Assembly: GCA_028279595.1 (NCBI GenBank)
Contig: JANQNK010000003.1
Location: 96,001-160,000 of the forward strand
DNA length: 64,000 bases
Direction: 5' to 3'
DNA from: Thermoplasmatota archaeon
GTDB lineage: Archaea; Thermoplasmatota; JAKEGO01
A model generated the notes under the pieces. That model was not told where the DNA came from, ran no database searches, and saw nothing but the letters and a program-made list of their open reading frames with translations. Positions 31,294 through 40,877 of the stretch are shown here, piece after piece (the first letter of the stretch is position 1; every line of letters starts with the position of its first letter). Position numbers and translations under genes: made by a program.

Positions 31294-32241
31294 ATGCCTC
31301 TCGACCGGTATCTTAAGGTCCTTGCGGGTGAGGAGAGGCCAGCGTTCCAGGATTCCCGTTCATCGGGGGAACTTGGGAAGAAGGTCCTCGCTGCCAACAA
31401 GATGATGGAGCATTGCGAGCTCTGCGAATGGAGATGCGGTGCGGACAGGGCCCACGGTGAGACCGGGAAGTGCGGTGTGGGCGAAGCCAGGATATCCTCG
31501 GAGTTCCTCCACATGGGCGAGGAAAGGGAGCTCGTCCCCTCACATACAATATTCTTCCCCGGATGCAACTTCCAGTGCGGTTTCTGCCAGAACCACGACA
31601 TCAGCCAGGACCCGAAGGACGGCGAGGCCATTGAGCCCGCGGACCTGGCCAGCAAGATCGACGGACGCTTCGGACCGCGATCCGAGCCACCACCGCTATT
31701 CCCACTCCAGGTGATGAGGGGCGGCGGCCGCAACGTCAACTTCGTCGGAGGGGACCCGACGCCGAACCTTCCGTTCATCCTCGAGGTCCTGGACCGCGTG
31801 GATTCACCCGTTCCGGTGGTCTGGAACTCCAACATGTTCCTCACCGAGGAGGCCATGGCCCTGCTGGACGGGGCCGTCGACCTCTATCTGACCGACTTCA
31901 AGTACGGCAACGTCGAGTGCGCCAAGAGGTTGTCCGGCGTGACCGGATACCTTGGCCCGGTCACACGGAACCACATTCTGGCCGAGAAGAACGGAGACCT
32001 CCTGATCAGGCACCTGGTCCTCCCCGGTCACGTCGATTGCTGCACCAAACCCGTAATGGACATAATCGGTAACAAGCTGGGGTCCGCCCGCATCAACATC
32101 ATGGACCAGTTCAGACCGGTCTGGAGGGCCAGGGATCTTGGTCTCGACAGAATGCTTTCACCCGAAGAGTACAAGGAAGCGGTGGAATACGCCGAGAAGG
32201 TCCTCGACATGGACCGGTTCAGCCTTCAGCATCCCCTCTGA
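31294..32241 (+). CDS. Radical SAM protein, PflX-like
   Basis: CELCEWRC, GEERELVPS, CNFQCGFCQN, GGDPTP, DFKYGN, RHLVLPGH. Confidence 0.9.
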   Translation: MPLDRYLKVLAGEERPAFQDSRSSGELGKKVLAANKMMEHCELCEWRCGADRAHGETGKCGVGEARISSEFLHMGEERELVPSHTIFFPGCNFQCGFCQNHDISQDPKDGEAIEPADLASKIDGRFGPRSEPPPLFPLQVMRGGGRNVNFVGGDPTPNLPFILEVLDRVDSPVPVVWNSNMFLTEEAMALLDGAVDLYLTDFKYGNVECAKRLSGVTGYLGPVTRNHILAEKNGDLLIRHLVLPGHVDCCTKPVMDIIGNKLGSARINIMDQFRPVWRARDLGLDRMLSPEEYKEAVEYAEKVLDMDRFSLQHPL

Positions 32242-32242
32242 A

Positions 32243-32773
32243 TCATTCTCTGGACTCCAGCTCCTTCAGGACCTCTTCGGGTAGGAACTCCATCTGCGCA
32301 GCCACGACCCCTGCGGAATCGTTTGCTGTCATGTACGCTTCCAGAGGCTCCCTGTTGAGTGTGATGAAGTTGGGTCCCCACTTGAACTTGGATACCAGTT
32401 CCTCGGCCTCCTGGATGTCGCCGAGGATGTACGCTGATGCGGACAACGCCTCTGCCGTCGAGAGCCTCCATGGGCGGCCGTAATTGACCGGGTTCGCCGC
32501 TATAAGATATGGAAGCGCCCTAGCCTCTGCCGAGACCCTTGGAAATACTGTCTCCAGCGTCGCCCACGAGCAGTCCAGCCCGAGGACGCCGCGCCTGGAC
32601 GCCTTCCTGTCAGCCGGGGAGAATGCAACGTCAGCCCGTGGGTCCAGTATCACACCCGACCTCTTGATCTGACGGCGGTACACACGCTCGACGATCTCGA
32701 ACCTGACCAGTTTCCTGGCTGTGTTCCGTTTGGGATCGTCATCGCCCTCTATGTAGACCGAGAACCGTGTCAC
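32243..32773 (-). CDS. tsr3: rRNA aminocarboxypropyltransferase Tsr3 (DUF367)
   Basis: DPKR.TARKL, LDCSW, RALPYLIAANPVNYG, LSTAEA, FKWG; GTG start about 24 nt after a TATA-like motif. Confidence 0.92.
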   Translation of the reverse strand: MTRFSVYIEGDDDPKRNTARKLVRFEIVERVYRRQIKRSGVILDPRADVAFSPADRKASRRGVLGLDCSWATLETVFPRVSAEARALPYLIAANPVNYGRPWRLSTAEALSASAYILGDIQEAEELVSKFKWGPNFITLNREPLEAYMTANDSAGVVAAQMEFLPEEVLKELESRE

Positions 32774-32816
32774 AGTACCCCCAACTAGGTCGTAGGTTAA
32801 GGGTATTTCGCCAGAC

Positions 32817-32963
32817 CTACTGCTGGAAATCGAAGCAGAAACCGCACTTCTCCGTCTCCTTGGGTGGCTCGTCGCAAAGCTCCTCGCCGTCCCAGTCGAT
32901 CGGGCATTCGGTCTCCTTGGGATATTTGTGTACCTTCCCACCCTTCACGAAGAACTTGACCAT
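32817..32963 (-). CDS. 48-aa His/Cys microprotein, copy 1
   Basis: MVKFFVKGGKVHKYPKETECPIDWDGEELCDEPPKETEKCGFCFDFQQ; paralog next door; TATA-like motif at 33016-33026. Confidence 0.8.
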   Translation of the reverse strand: MVKFFVKGGKVHKYPKETECPIDWDGEELCDEPPKETEKCGFCFDFQQ

Positions 32964-33050
32964 GTTTATCACAGGACACCACATCGATTAATAGTCCTTC
33001 CCCGAACTACCATGATAAAAGGGTATGACGATCCGGGACCGGCGTGCCGA

Positions 33051-33197
33051 TCACTGCTGGATGTCAAAACAGAAGCTGCACTTCTTGTCGCCGTTCGGCG
33101 GTTCCTGACAGAGGACCTCGCCGTTGTGGAGAACAGTGCATTCTGTTCCCTTCGGGTGCTTGTGGACCTTTCCTCCTTTAACGAAGAATTCCTCCAT
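33051..33197 (-). CDS. 48-aa His/Cys microprotein, copy 2
   Basis: MEEFFVKGGKVHKHPKGTECTVLHNGEVLCQEPPNGDKKCSFCFDIQQ; 31/48 identical to copy 1 by hand count. Confidence 0.8.
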   Translation of the reverse strand: MEEFFVKGGKVHKHPKGTECTVLHNGEVLCQEPPNGDKKCSFCFDIQQ

Positions 33198-33247
33198 GGT
33201 ACCGTTTAGTGACCATTCTCGGATAATATCCCTTTCCCGAAAGAGCG

Positions 33248-33475
33248 CTAATCGGAAAGGTCGTCCAGCATGTTCACGAGGCGGTCTAATTCCCGGTTGG
33301 ACTTGATTATGCTACGTGTAAGGGTACCGTCGAAGTCCATGTCGATGGTGTGGCCACAGTTGCACTCGTGGTGGATGAGCCCCAACATCTTCTCGAGTGC
33401 GATCTGATGGGTGCGCTCGCACTGGGGGCAATGAACATCCACTATCCTGATCCCTATGCGTCTGGAGCCTGTCAT
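33248..33475 (-). CDS. Small zinc-ribbon protein with C-terminal helix
   Basis: CPQC...CNCG. Confidence 0.65.
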   Translation of the reverse strand: MTGSRRIGIRIVDVHCPQCERTHQIALEKMLGLIHHECNCGHTIDMDFDGTLTRSIIKSNRELDRLVNMLDDLSD

Positions 33476-33618
33476 CTCGCCTCATATTATATTTGGGTCT
33501 CAATGATAGTTATAATTTGCGCATCGAGTATAAATAGAGGACCAGTTCCGGTGTCAGATCGGTGTGCCACAAGTATTAACCCGATCACGTCCCTTCATAG
33601 CTCACGAGGTGCCGAAGT

Positions 33619-34287
33619 ATGCTGCCCAGGATCATAACTCACACGGGAGTGAGTCTCGATGGGAGGGTGACCGGTTTCGAGGTAGATGTCGGTCTCTACT
33701 ACGAACTGGCCATGGGGTGGGGCGAGGACGCAACCCTCGTGGGCGCCGACACACTTCTCACCGCCCCGGATGACGAGGTCCCGGAGGAGACGCCTGAAGC
33801 GTTCGAACCCAGGACTGTAGATCCCGAGGACCCCAGGTCCATCATCGTGATCCCCGACAGCCGCGGCAGACTCCGGAACTGGCACTACTGGCCAAGGACA
33901 GAGTACTGGAAGGACGCTGTGGCGATGATCTCGGCCTCGACCCCCGACGACTACGTTGAACACCTCAGGGAGCGTCACATCGACACGATCGTAGCTGGCG
34001 ATGACCATGTGGACCTGCGGAAGGCCCTCGAGGAACTGAATCGGGGATTCGGTGTGGAAACGGTCCGCGTCGACAGCGGCGGGACTCTTTTCTCCGTCCT
34101 GTTGCGAGAGGGCCTGGTAAGCGAGGTCAGCCTGCTAGTCCATCCGGTAGTGGTCGGGGGAGGCGACGAGAACCTGCTCTTCAAGGGGGAGATCCTCGAC
34201 GACGCGATCCTTCCGGACCTGGAATTGTTGTCCATCGAGGAGAAGAGGAACGGTATCCTCTGGTTGAAGTACGATTTGAAGGGTTGA
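33619..34287 (+). CDS. RibD C-terminal/dihydrofolate reductase family protein
   Basis: SLDGR, LVGADT, DSRGR, RVDSGG, SLLVHPVVVG. Confidence 0.85.
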   Translation: MLPRIITHTGVSLDGRVTGFEVDVGLYYELAMGWGEDATLVGADTLLTAPDDEVPEETPEAFEPRTVDPEDPRSIIVIPDSRGRLRNWHYWPRTEYWKDAVAMISASTPDDYVEHLRERHIDTIVAGDDHVDLRKALEELNRGFGVETVRVDSGGTLFSVLLREGLVSEVSLLVHPVVVGGGDENLLFKGEILDDAILPDLELLSIEEKRNGILWLKYDLKG

Positions 34288-34295
34288 TCCCCCCC

Positions 34296-34865
34296 TCATC
34301 TGTTCAGGTCCATCATGGCCGCGTTCGGGCATTTGAACCGCGCCAGACAGTTCACGCAGGCGATCATCCGGAAGACGACGAACACCCTGAACAACATCAG
34401 ACCGAGGACTGACAGGAACAGCCCGAGCAGCAGGTACGAGAAATCGATGAACAGTGCGATGCCCATGCCTGCGATCGGGAGGATGAGCGCCGCCATGTAC
34501 AGCGTGTTGTGGCAGAGCAATCCCTTCGCACGATCAGCGAAGCGGTTCGGGTCCCCCCTTTCAGAGAGCTCCTTCGCGATGATATTGCTCCCGGCAATGC
34601 AGCGTGATCCGCCCAGCCTCGAGTAAACGCAGTGCGGACAGACGATGAAGGGCATCAGTATGTACAGCTGGAATATCGCGAAGGCCAGGTAGAAGGCTCC
34701 GATGATATCGCCGTATCCCAGGAACGCGAAGCCGACCGCCAGTCCGATGGCGCCGAGCACGTAATGGAGACCGAGCGAGATATGGTACACGAGCATGTGT
34801 CCCACCGGATAGACCTTGTACCCTGTTCTGACACGTACCCTGCGTCCCGTCGGATCACCCGCCAT
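34296..34865 (-). CDS. 4-TM membrane protein with Cys clusters
   Basis: Hydrophobic helices, CPHC....C and CVNC....CP. Confidence 0.7.
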   Translation of the reverse strand: MAGDPTGRRVRVRTGYKVYPVGHMLVYHISLGLHYVLGAIGLAVGFAFLGYGDIIGAFYLAFAIFQLYILMPFIVCPHCVYSRLGGSRCIAGSNIIAKELSERGDPNRFADRAKGLLCHNTLYMAALILPIAGMGIALFIDFSYLLLGLFLSVLGLMLFRVFVVFRMIACVNCLARFKCPNAAMMDLNR

Positions 34866-34950
34866 GGAATCCGGGACCGGGTTCAAAAGGTTTTCCGGCT
34901 GTCGGCAGGGTCCACAACCCTTTAGAACGAGCGCCGTGATACATCGGCCG

Positions 34951-35973
34951 ATGACATCGACCTTCGAGACCATAGCCCGGGACGCCGAGGTGGTCACCCA
35001 GGACGAGCTGAAGGTCCTGCTCGACAACGGAGGGGGGAAGGCCTACATCGGGTTCGAGCCCTCCGGCATAGTCCACGTAGGCTGGCTCGTCTGCATCAAG
35101 AAGATGAAGGAGGTGACGGACGCCGGGTTCGACCTGACCGTCTACCTGGCGGACTGGCACGCGTTCGTCAACGACAAGCTCGGCGGTGATATCGAGACCA
35201 TACGGCTCTGCGGCGAATACCTGAAGGAGGTCTTCGACGCCGCCCAGGTCCCGTGCACCTACCTGTACGCGTCGGAGCTCATGGACTCGATAGACTACTG
35301 GGAGCGTGTCATGCGGGTCATGAAGGGCACCACCCTGAAGAGGACCAAGAGGGCCATGACCGTCATGGGCCGCAAGGAGGACGAGGCAGAGGCCGACACA
35401 TCGAAGTTCCTCTATCCCGCCCTGCAGGTGGCCGACATATTCGAGATGGACCTTGACCTGGCCCTCGGGGGAATGGACCAGCGCCACGCCCACATGCTCC
35501 AGAGGGACGTCGCGGACAAGCTCGGGTGGAAGAAGGTGGTGGCAGTCCATACTCCGTTGATCTCGGGACTAGCCGCCAGCGGTCGTATGGACCCGATCGA
35601 GGGTAAGATGTCGAAGTCCAACCCCGACGGTACGATATCGATCCACGATACCACCGAGGAGATCTCCCGGAAGATGAAGAAGGCCTTCTGCCCCGAGATG
35701 GCCGAGGGCAATCCGGTAGTGGAAATAGTCCAACATGTCATATTCCCCTACGAGGGCAAGTTCACCATACTCAGGGACGAGAAGTGGGGAGGCGACATCG
35801 AGTACACCGATGTCGCGGCTCTGATCGCGGACCTCGAGTCCAAGCAGCTCCACCCGCAGGACCTCAAGATGTCCACCGCGGCCGCACTCGACAGGATCGT
35901 CGAGCCGTACAGGGCACATTTCGAGGGTAAGATGGACATGGTGGAGCGGATCAGCGCAGCAGTGGGACGCTGA
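34951..35973 (+). CDS. tyrS: Tyrosine-tRNA ligase (archaeal type)
   Basis: YIGFEPSG..HVG, ADWHA, YPALQVAD, GGMDQR, KMSKS, LHPQDLK. Confidence 0.95.
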   Translation: MTSTFETIARDAEVVTQDELKVLLDNGGGKAYIGFEPSGIVHVGWLVCIKKMKEVTDAGFDLTVYLADWHAFVNDKLGGDIETIRLCGEYLKEVFDAAQVPCTYLYASELMDSIDYWERVMRVMKGTTLKRTKRAMTVMGRKEDEAEADTSKFLYPALQVADIFEMDLDLALGGMDQRHAHMLQRDVADKLGWKKVVAVHTPLISGLAASGRMDPIEGKMSKSNPDGTISIHDTTEEISRKMKKAFCPEMAEGNPVVEIVQHVIFPYEGKFTILRDEKWGGDIEYTDVAALIADLESKQLHPQDLKMSTAAALDRIVEPYRAHFEGKMDMVERISAAVGR

Positions 35974-35998
35974 TATCCAGGATGACCTTCACGGATGG

Positions 35999-36061
35999 GG
36001 GGCGCTGTGATGATGAACGCCTCGCCGATCATTGACGACTGATGGGCAAGCTGAGCGCCCC
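35999..36061 (+). ncRNA. Box C/D methylation-guide sRNA
   Basis: Stem GGGGCGC/GCGCCCC; C GTGATGA 36007-13; 11-nt guide; D' CCGA 36025-28; C' TTGACGA 36032-38; 12-nt guide; D CTGA 36051-54. Confidence 0.8.
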
Positions 36062-36125
36062 GCACCGCCATGCAGGAGCTGGTTTTCGACATTCAATATA
36101 TATATCGAAAGGCCGATTCCCACCC

Positions 36126-37193
36126 ATGGAACGGGCATCCAGGGAGGCGCGGTCGGCGGGCAGGGCGATTTCTGCACGGACCGTACTCATCGCTACGATG
36201 ATGGCGTTCGTACTTGTGCATGTATCGACCGCAGTATCCGCCGGGTCCACGACGATCCACTATTCATGGGACCACGAGGGGGAGAACGTCTCCTTCGATC
36301 TGACGGTCCAGGATGAATACATTGCCGGTTACGAGAGCTACGAGCTCAAGGAGCGCTTCGATTACGGGAGCATGTTGACCGTCCAGGACCCTCACGTCAT
36401 GATCGCAGCCATCGAGATCCGGGAGATCGCCGAGGAGCACGATTTCGACCGGGCGGAACTGGCCCTGACCTTCGTCCAGAGCTTCGAATACTCTGAGGAC
36501 AACGAGGCCAAGGGCTGCCGCGACTACGCGCGGTTCCCGCTCGAGATGCTGGTCGATTCCACCGGAGACTGCGAGGACAAGGCGATGCTGCTCACGGTCC
36601 TGCTCATCGACCTCGGTTACGATTCCGTCCTCTTCGTGATCTACGACAACACCAGCGGCCACATGGCCTCGGGTGTCGCGGGAAACGGATTCTCGGGCGG
36701 ATCGGTCATGCACAACGGGACCGAGTACTTCTACGCCGAGACCACGTCCCGTGGGTTCGACATCGGGGATGTGCCGTCCGGCATCAACCTGACCGATATC
36801 GAGGTGGTGGAGAAGAGCGCCCCGAAGAGCCAGTTCCACGATCCCGAGGAGGAGACCGACGACCTCCCGCCGTGGTACTACTTCATCATGGGAGCCCTCA
36901 TGGCGGGAGCGCTGGCTGCGATCGCCGCCGTCCTCGGTTCCCGGAAGGGAAGGAAGGCTGCCGAGGCGGAGGAATCCGAGAAGAAGTGGAAGGAGTACGA
37001 GCAGTACGAGCGCACTGACTCGGGACTCAACATCATCAATGAACCTCGCACACCGCCGAAACAGAGAGCGCCCAGGACCAGATCGCGTCCACCGCCCGAG
37101 GAGTACGGGTACGACAGGGACCGCAGGATGGTCAACGATTACATGGCCGACGATGACGGCGGGTCCGAGGATACCTACAACCCGTACAAATGA
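36126..37193 (+). CDS. Membrane-anchored transglutaminase-like cysteine protease
   Basis: Signal peptide, GDCED, GHMA, YAETT catalytic motifs, C-terminal TM and cytoplasmic tail. Confidence 0.8.
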   Translation: MERASREARSAGRAISARTVLIATMMAFVLVHVSTAVSAGSTTIHYSWDHEGENVSFDLTVQDEYIAGYESYELKERFDYGSMLTVQDPHVMIAAIEIREIAEEHDFDRAELALTFVQSFEYSEDNEAKGCRDYARFPLEMLVDSTGDCEDKAMLLTVLLIDLGYDSVLFVIYDNTSGHMASGVAGNGFSGGSVMHNGTEYFYAETTSRGFDIGDVPSGINLTDIEVVEKSAPKSQFHDPEEETDDLPPWYYFIMGALMAGALAAIAAVLGSRKGRKAAEAEESEKKWKEYEQYERTDSGLNIINEPRTPPKQRAPRTRSRPPPEEYGYDRDRRMVNDYMADDDGGSEDTYNPYK

Positions 37194-37194
37194 G

Positions 37195-38526
37195 CTATCC
37201 ATTCTCGAAATCGTCCAGCAATCCCCTCAGGCCTGGCCTTCGGGGATATCTTTCCCTCAGGCGTACTAGCATCGCCGGGAGTCCACTGTTGTCCTTCAGG
37301 TCCTCGAACCTTCGGCGGATGCGCCACAGGACGTCGCGTCCCTTCGACGTCAGCAGAAGGTCCGTAAGATGTTCGGCAAGCTCTATGGACGGTTCTGATT
37401 CCTCGGCTATCCATTCGACCATATCGACGTCATCCGAGCCTAACGCCAGATCGGTCAGCGCACTCACCTCGCCCACCTCCAGGAGCAGCTCGGCGAGCAG
37501 GACCCTTGCCTCCGGGTCCATTTCGAGGGCCGTCGTGACCGCGGCGTCCGGGCTCACCTCCACGAGCCGTCCCATGACCTCCCTATCGACCCAAAGTCCA
37601 AGGCATTCCCTCAGGTGGTCTATCCTGTCATCCTCCGAGATGTCCAGCCCTGCGGCGATCAGATGAAGGGCCCGCCTCTCCCTCGGGGTCCTGTCCCCCA
37701 TCGCCTCGATGACGATCGGTAGGCATTCCTCCCCCATTCCGGCGCCTTCGAGATGCTGGCAACCTTCCTCGATGGCCTCGACCGGCGCATCGGAACCGAT
37801 GATCGCAAGCAGTTCGTCCGTCCTGCCGAGGACCCCGAGCAGATGGACCCTTGCCCTCGAGGCCATGTCGGACTCGATCGGACCCGCAATCGTGGGCAGC
37901 CGCGCCAGAAGTGCCTCGGCGTCGCCCGGGGAGAACCTCCCCCTCGCGATCGCCTCGAGACCGCGCTCCGGGTCGACCTCCAGGATATCTCCGGCGAGGA
38001 CTGCAGCTCCATCGGCCTCCAGCTCAGCGATGGTCCTGGTCCACTCCTCCGTGAACGGCTCGACGAAAGGCGTTCCCTCGAGGTAGGAGACAGCCCTTCT
38101 CAGGAAAGCCTCGGACTCCTCGGGGCCGAGTTCAGAGATCTCGGTCAAAAGGGTGTCCGCCCGGCGCTCAAGGGCCCTCTTCTCTGCCTTGGTCCTCATT
38201 CTCGCGGATAGGCTGACAAGGTCATCGACCTCGGCATCGAGATCCCGGTCCTCACCCATCCTTCCGGGGACCTCGGATACCTTCAGGGCCACCGCGACGG
38301 CGTGCTTGCAGATGCCGCCGAACGGGCAGTTGCAGGTGATGACCGGTTCGTCCTCGGTGATGATCCTTACCCTGTAGTCGGACGTACCCTCGACGACCGC
38401 CTCGACGACCTTCCCGTCGGTGCTGATGGGACCTACCCTGCCCTCGATGTAGTACATCCTGCCCCGGTTGTAGATCGTCGCGGAGACCCTCCTCCGCACC
38501 GCGTCGCTCAGGTCCTTCGGGTCCAC
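37195..38526 (-). CDS. SWIM zinc-finger protein with helical C-terminus
   Basis: YNRGRMY, VEGTSDYRV, CNCP....CKH. Confidence 0.8.
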   Translation of the reverse strand: MDPKDLSDAVRRRVSATIYNRGRMYYIEGRVGPISTDGKVVEAVVEGTSDYRVRIITEDEPVITCNCPFGGICKHAVAVALKVSEVPGRMGEDRDLDAEVDDLVSLSARMRTKAEKRALERRADTLLTEISELGPEESEAFLRRAVSYLEGTPFVEPFTEEWTRTIAELEADGAAVLAGDILEVDPERGLEAIARGRFSPGDAEALLARLPTIAGPIESDMASRARVHLLGVLGRTDELLAIIGSDAPVEAIEEGCQHLEGAGMGEECLPIVIEAMGDRTPRERRALHLIAAGLDISEDDRIDHLRECLGLWVDREVMGRLVEVSPDAAVTTALEMDPEARVLLAELLLEVGEVSALTDLALGSDDVDMVEWIAEESEPSIELAEHLTDLLLTSKGRDVLWRIRRRFEDLKDNSGLPAMLVRLRERYPRRPGLRGLLDDFENG

Positions 38527-38620
38527 GCCCACCGAACGGCAAGGGCCGATATTAAACCGACGGGGCGGCCGAGACCACAACCCTTTTCTAACAACCTCGG
38601 CATTGTCCCACCGTGGGAAC

Positions 38621-39703
38621 ATGACTCCAGCGCAGGGTAACGTTGATGGTGCTGGCCAGGGGAAGGGACGCATCGCCGTCCTCACCGGGGGCGGGGACGC
38701 TCCGGGACTGAACGCCGTGATAAGGGGAATAGTCCACAGGGCCAACTCCCTGGGTTACGGCGTCCTCGGTCTGAGGAACGGCTGGGCTGGCCTGACCACG
38801 GGCAAGGAGACTTTCGATCTGGACCTGGATGCTGTCAAGGACATTCATATCACCGGAGGGACCATCCTGGGAACCTCGCGGACGAACCCATACAACATCG
38901 ACGGCGGGCCTGGCATGGTGAAGACGAGCCTCGATGGGTTCGGCTGCGAATACCTGATCGCGATCGGCGGCGAGGACACGCTTGGCGTGGCGAACAAGCT
39001 TGCGGCCGATGGCATAAAGGTCATCGGCGTTCCCAAGACAATCGACAACGACCTCAGCGCAACGGATTACACCTTCGGGTTCGACACCGCCTGCAACAGG
39101 GCGGCCGAGGCGATCCGCAACCTCCACACGACCGCCCGGTCCCATTCGAGGGTGATCGTCGTCGAGGTAATGGGCCGGCACGCCGGCTGGATAACCTGGA
39201 ACAGCGGTATCGCCGGTGGAGCACACATCGTCCTGCTACCGGAGGAGAGGTTCTCGATGGACGACATATGCCATGTCGTCGAGGAGCGCGAGAACGCCGG
39301 TGACCCCTACACTATCATAGCAGTCTCGGAAGGGGCGCTTCCTGACGACCAGGAGAGCCTGGCCCTCCAGACCGAGGAGAGGGACTCCTTCGGGCACGTC
39401 CGACTTGGCGGGATCGCACAGAAACTGGCGAAGTCCATCGAGGCGCGGACAGGCAAGGAATGCCGGCACGTGGTCCTCGGGCATCTTCAGAGGGCCGGAG
39501 CCCCGTCCGCCTTCGACGTCGTCCTCGGAACCCGCCTCGGCATCAAGGCCGCCGAGATGGTCGACGCCGGAGAGTTCGGAAAGATGGCCGCCCTCAGGGG
39601 GCTGTCCATCGAGGCCGTCCCCCTCGAGGAGGCCGTCGGGACCCTGAAGACCGTCCCGGACGACATGATCGCCGAGTCGAGGTTGTTCTGGTCCCCGGAT
39701 TGA
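38621..39703 (+). CDS. pfkA: 6-phosphofructokinase, family A (group III-like; probably PPi-dependent)
   Basis: TGGGDAPG, GGTILGTSR, GGEDT, PKTIDND, EVMGRHAG, LGHLQR. Confidence 0.93.
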   Translation: MTPAQGNVDGAGQGKGRIAVLTGGGDAPGLNAVIRGIVHRANSLGYGVLGLRNGWAGLTTGKETFDLDLDAVKDIHITGGTILGTSRTNPYNIDGGPGMVKTSLDGFGCEYLIAIGGEDTLGVANKLAADGIKVIGVPKTIDNDLSATDYTFGFDTACNRAAEAIRNLHTTARSHSRVIVVEVMGRHAGWITWNSGIAGGAHIVLLPEERFSMDDICHVVEERENAGDPYTIIAVSEGALPDDQESLALQTEERDSFGHVRLGGIAQKLAKSIEARTGKECRHVVLGHLQRAGAPSAFDVVLGTRLGIKAAEMVDAGEFGKMAALRGLSIEAVPLEEAVGTLKTVPDDMIAESRLFWSPD

Positions 39704-39718
39704 ATGGAGTGATCGTAG

Positions 39719-40840
39719 ATGTACGAACCGATACCTGGAAAGAGGATATTCAACGCCCTGCTGGACCAGGACTGCATAGTCCTTGCCTGCAACCCCCGGA
39801 TAATCCCCGGTGTGGCGAAGGGCATATTCAATGCGGCGAAGGAGCTCGACGCACCGCTCATAATGGAGCTTGCCAGGACCGAGTGCAACCAGCACATCGG
39901 CTATACCGGTCTCAGGCCCAGCACCCTCGCGTCCCGGCTCTACGAGGTCAACGAGGAGGTCGGGCACGACATCTGGGCCCTCCACGCGGACCACATCGGC
40001 ATCAAGACCGGCCTGCCGGACGACATGGCCGACGCCAAGGAGCTCGTCCAGGAGCAGATGGACTCCGGTTTCACGAGTTTCGCCATAGATGCTTCCCATC
40101 TTTTCGACTTCGACGGCGCCACGGTCGCCGAGGAGCTCGCCCCCAACATCAAGGCCACCATCGACATAGCCAACTACATCACGGATGGAATGTCCGGGAA
40201 GGAGTACGGGCTCGAGGTAGAGGTGGGCGAGATCGGAAGGACCGGCGATGGCGGCATGATATTGACGTCACCAGAGGAAGCGACCACTTTCATATCGGCC
40301 CTTAGGGACGCTGGCATAGACCCGCAGCTGATCGCCATAGCCAACGGCAGCACGCACGGGAACGTCTTCGACGCCGACGGCAATCCGATCCAGCAGGTGT
40401 CTATAGACATCGAGAGGACGAAGGCCGTGGCCGGCGCGCTTCGTGAGGCAGGACTTGGAGTGAGGATCGCCCAGCACGGCATAACCGGAACACCGCTCGG
40501 GCTCATTGCAGAGCAGTTCCCCCACGGGGACATCCTCAAGGGCAACGTTGCCACCCTCTACCAGAACATCGTCCTCGACGCACTCAAGGAACACCACCCG
40601 GACCTATGGCAGGAGATCTGGGACTGGACACTGACCAACAAGCCCATGGAGGGGAGGCCCGACATCGAGGTCTTCGGAAAGAACGTGAAGCACGCGCTCA
40701 AACCCTTCTTCGACATGATCTACGAGATGTCCGAGGCCTGCGAGGCACAGATCGAGAGGGAGTCGTACAAGGCCACTGAAGCCCACATACTGGCCTTCAA
40801 GTCCGCCGGGAAGGCGGAGCTGGTCCGCCAGGCACTCTAA
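39719..40840 (+). CDS. fba: Class II fructose-bisphosphate aldolase
   Basis: HADH, IDASH, EVEVGEIG, GSTHG, AQHG; directly follows pfk. Confidence 0.88.
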   Translation: MYEPIPGKRIFNALLDQDCIVLACNPRIIPGVAKGIFNAAKELDAPLIMELARTECNQHIGYTGLRPSTLASRLYEVNEEVGHDIWALHADHIGIKTGLPDDMADAKELVQEQMDSGFTSFAIDASHLFDFDGATVAEELAPNIKATIDIANYITDGMSGKEYGLEVEVGEIGRTGDGGMILTSPEEATTFISALRDAGIDPQLIAIANGSTHGNVFDADGNPIQQVSIDIERTKAVAGALREAGLGVRIAQHGITGTPLGLIAEQFPHGDILKGNVATLYQNIVLDALKEHHPDLWQEIWDWTLTNKPMEGRPDIEVFGKNVKHALKPFFDMIYEMSEACEAQIERESYKATEAHILAFKSAGKAELVRQAL

Positions 40841-40877
40841 GGGTGGACGGACCTCGCGCTACAATATTGATTGTTCA

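Noticed and set aside
31250-31298. ATGATGA ... GTGATCA upstream of the radical SAM gene as a second C/D sRNA
   Set aside because: No D or D' box at the right spacing and no terminal stem.
37195-38526. SWIM protein as part of a defence or helicase system
   Set aside because: No SNF2 helicase or nuclease partner adjacent.
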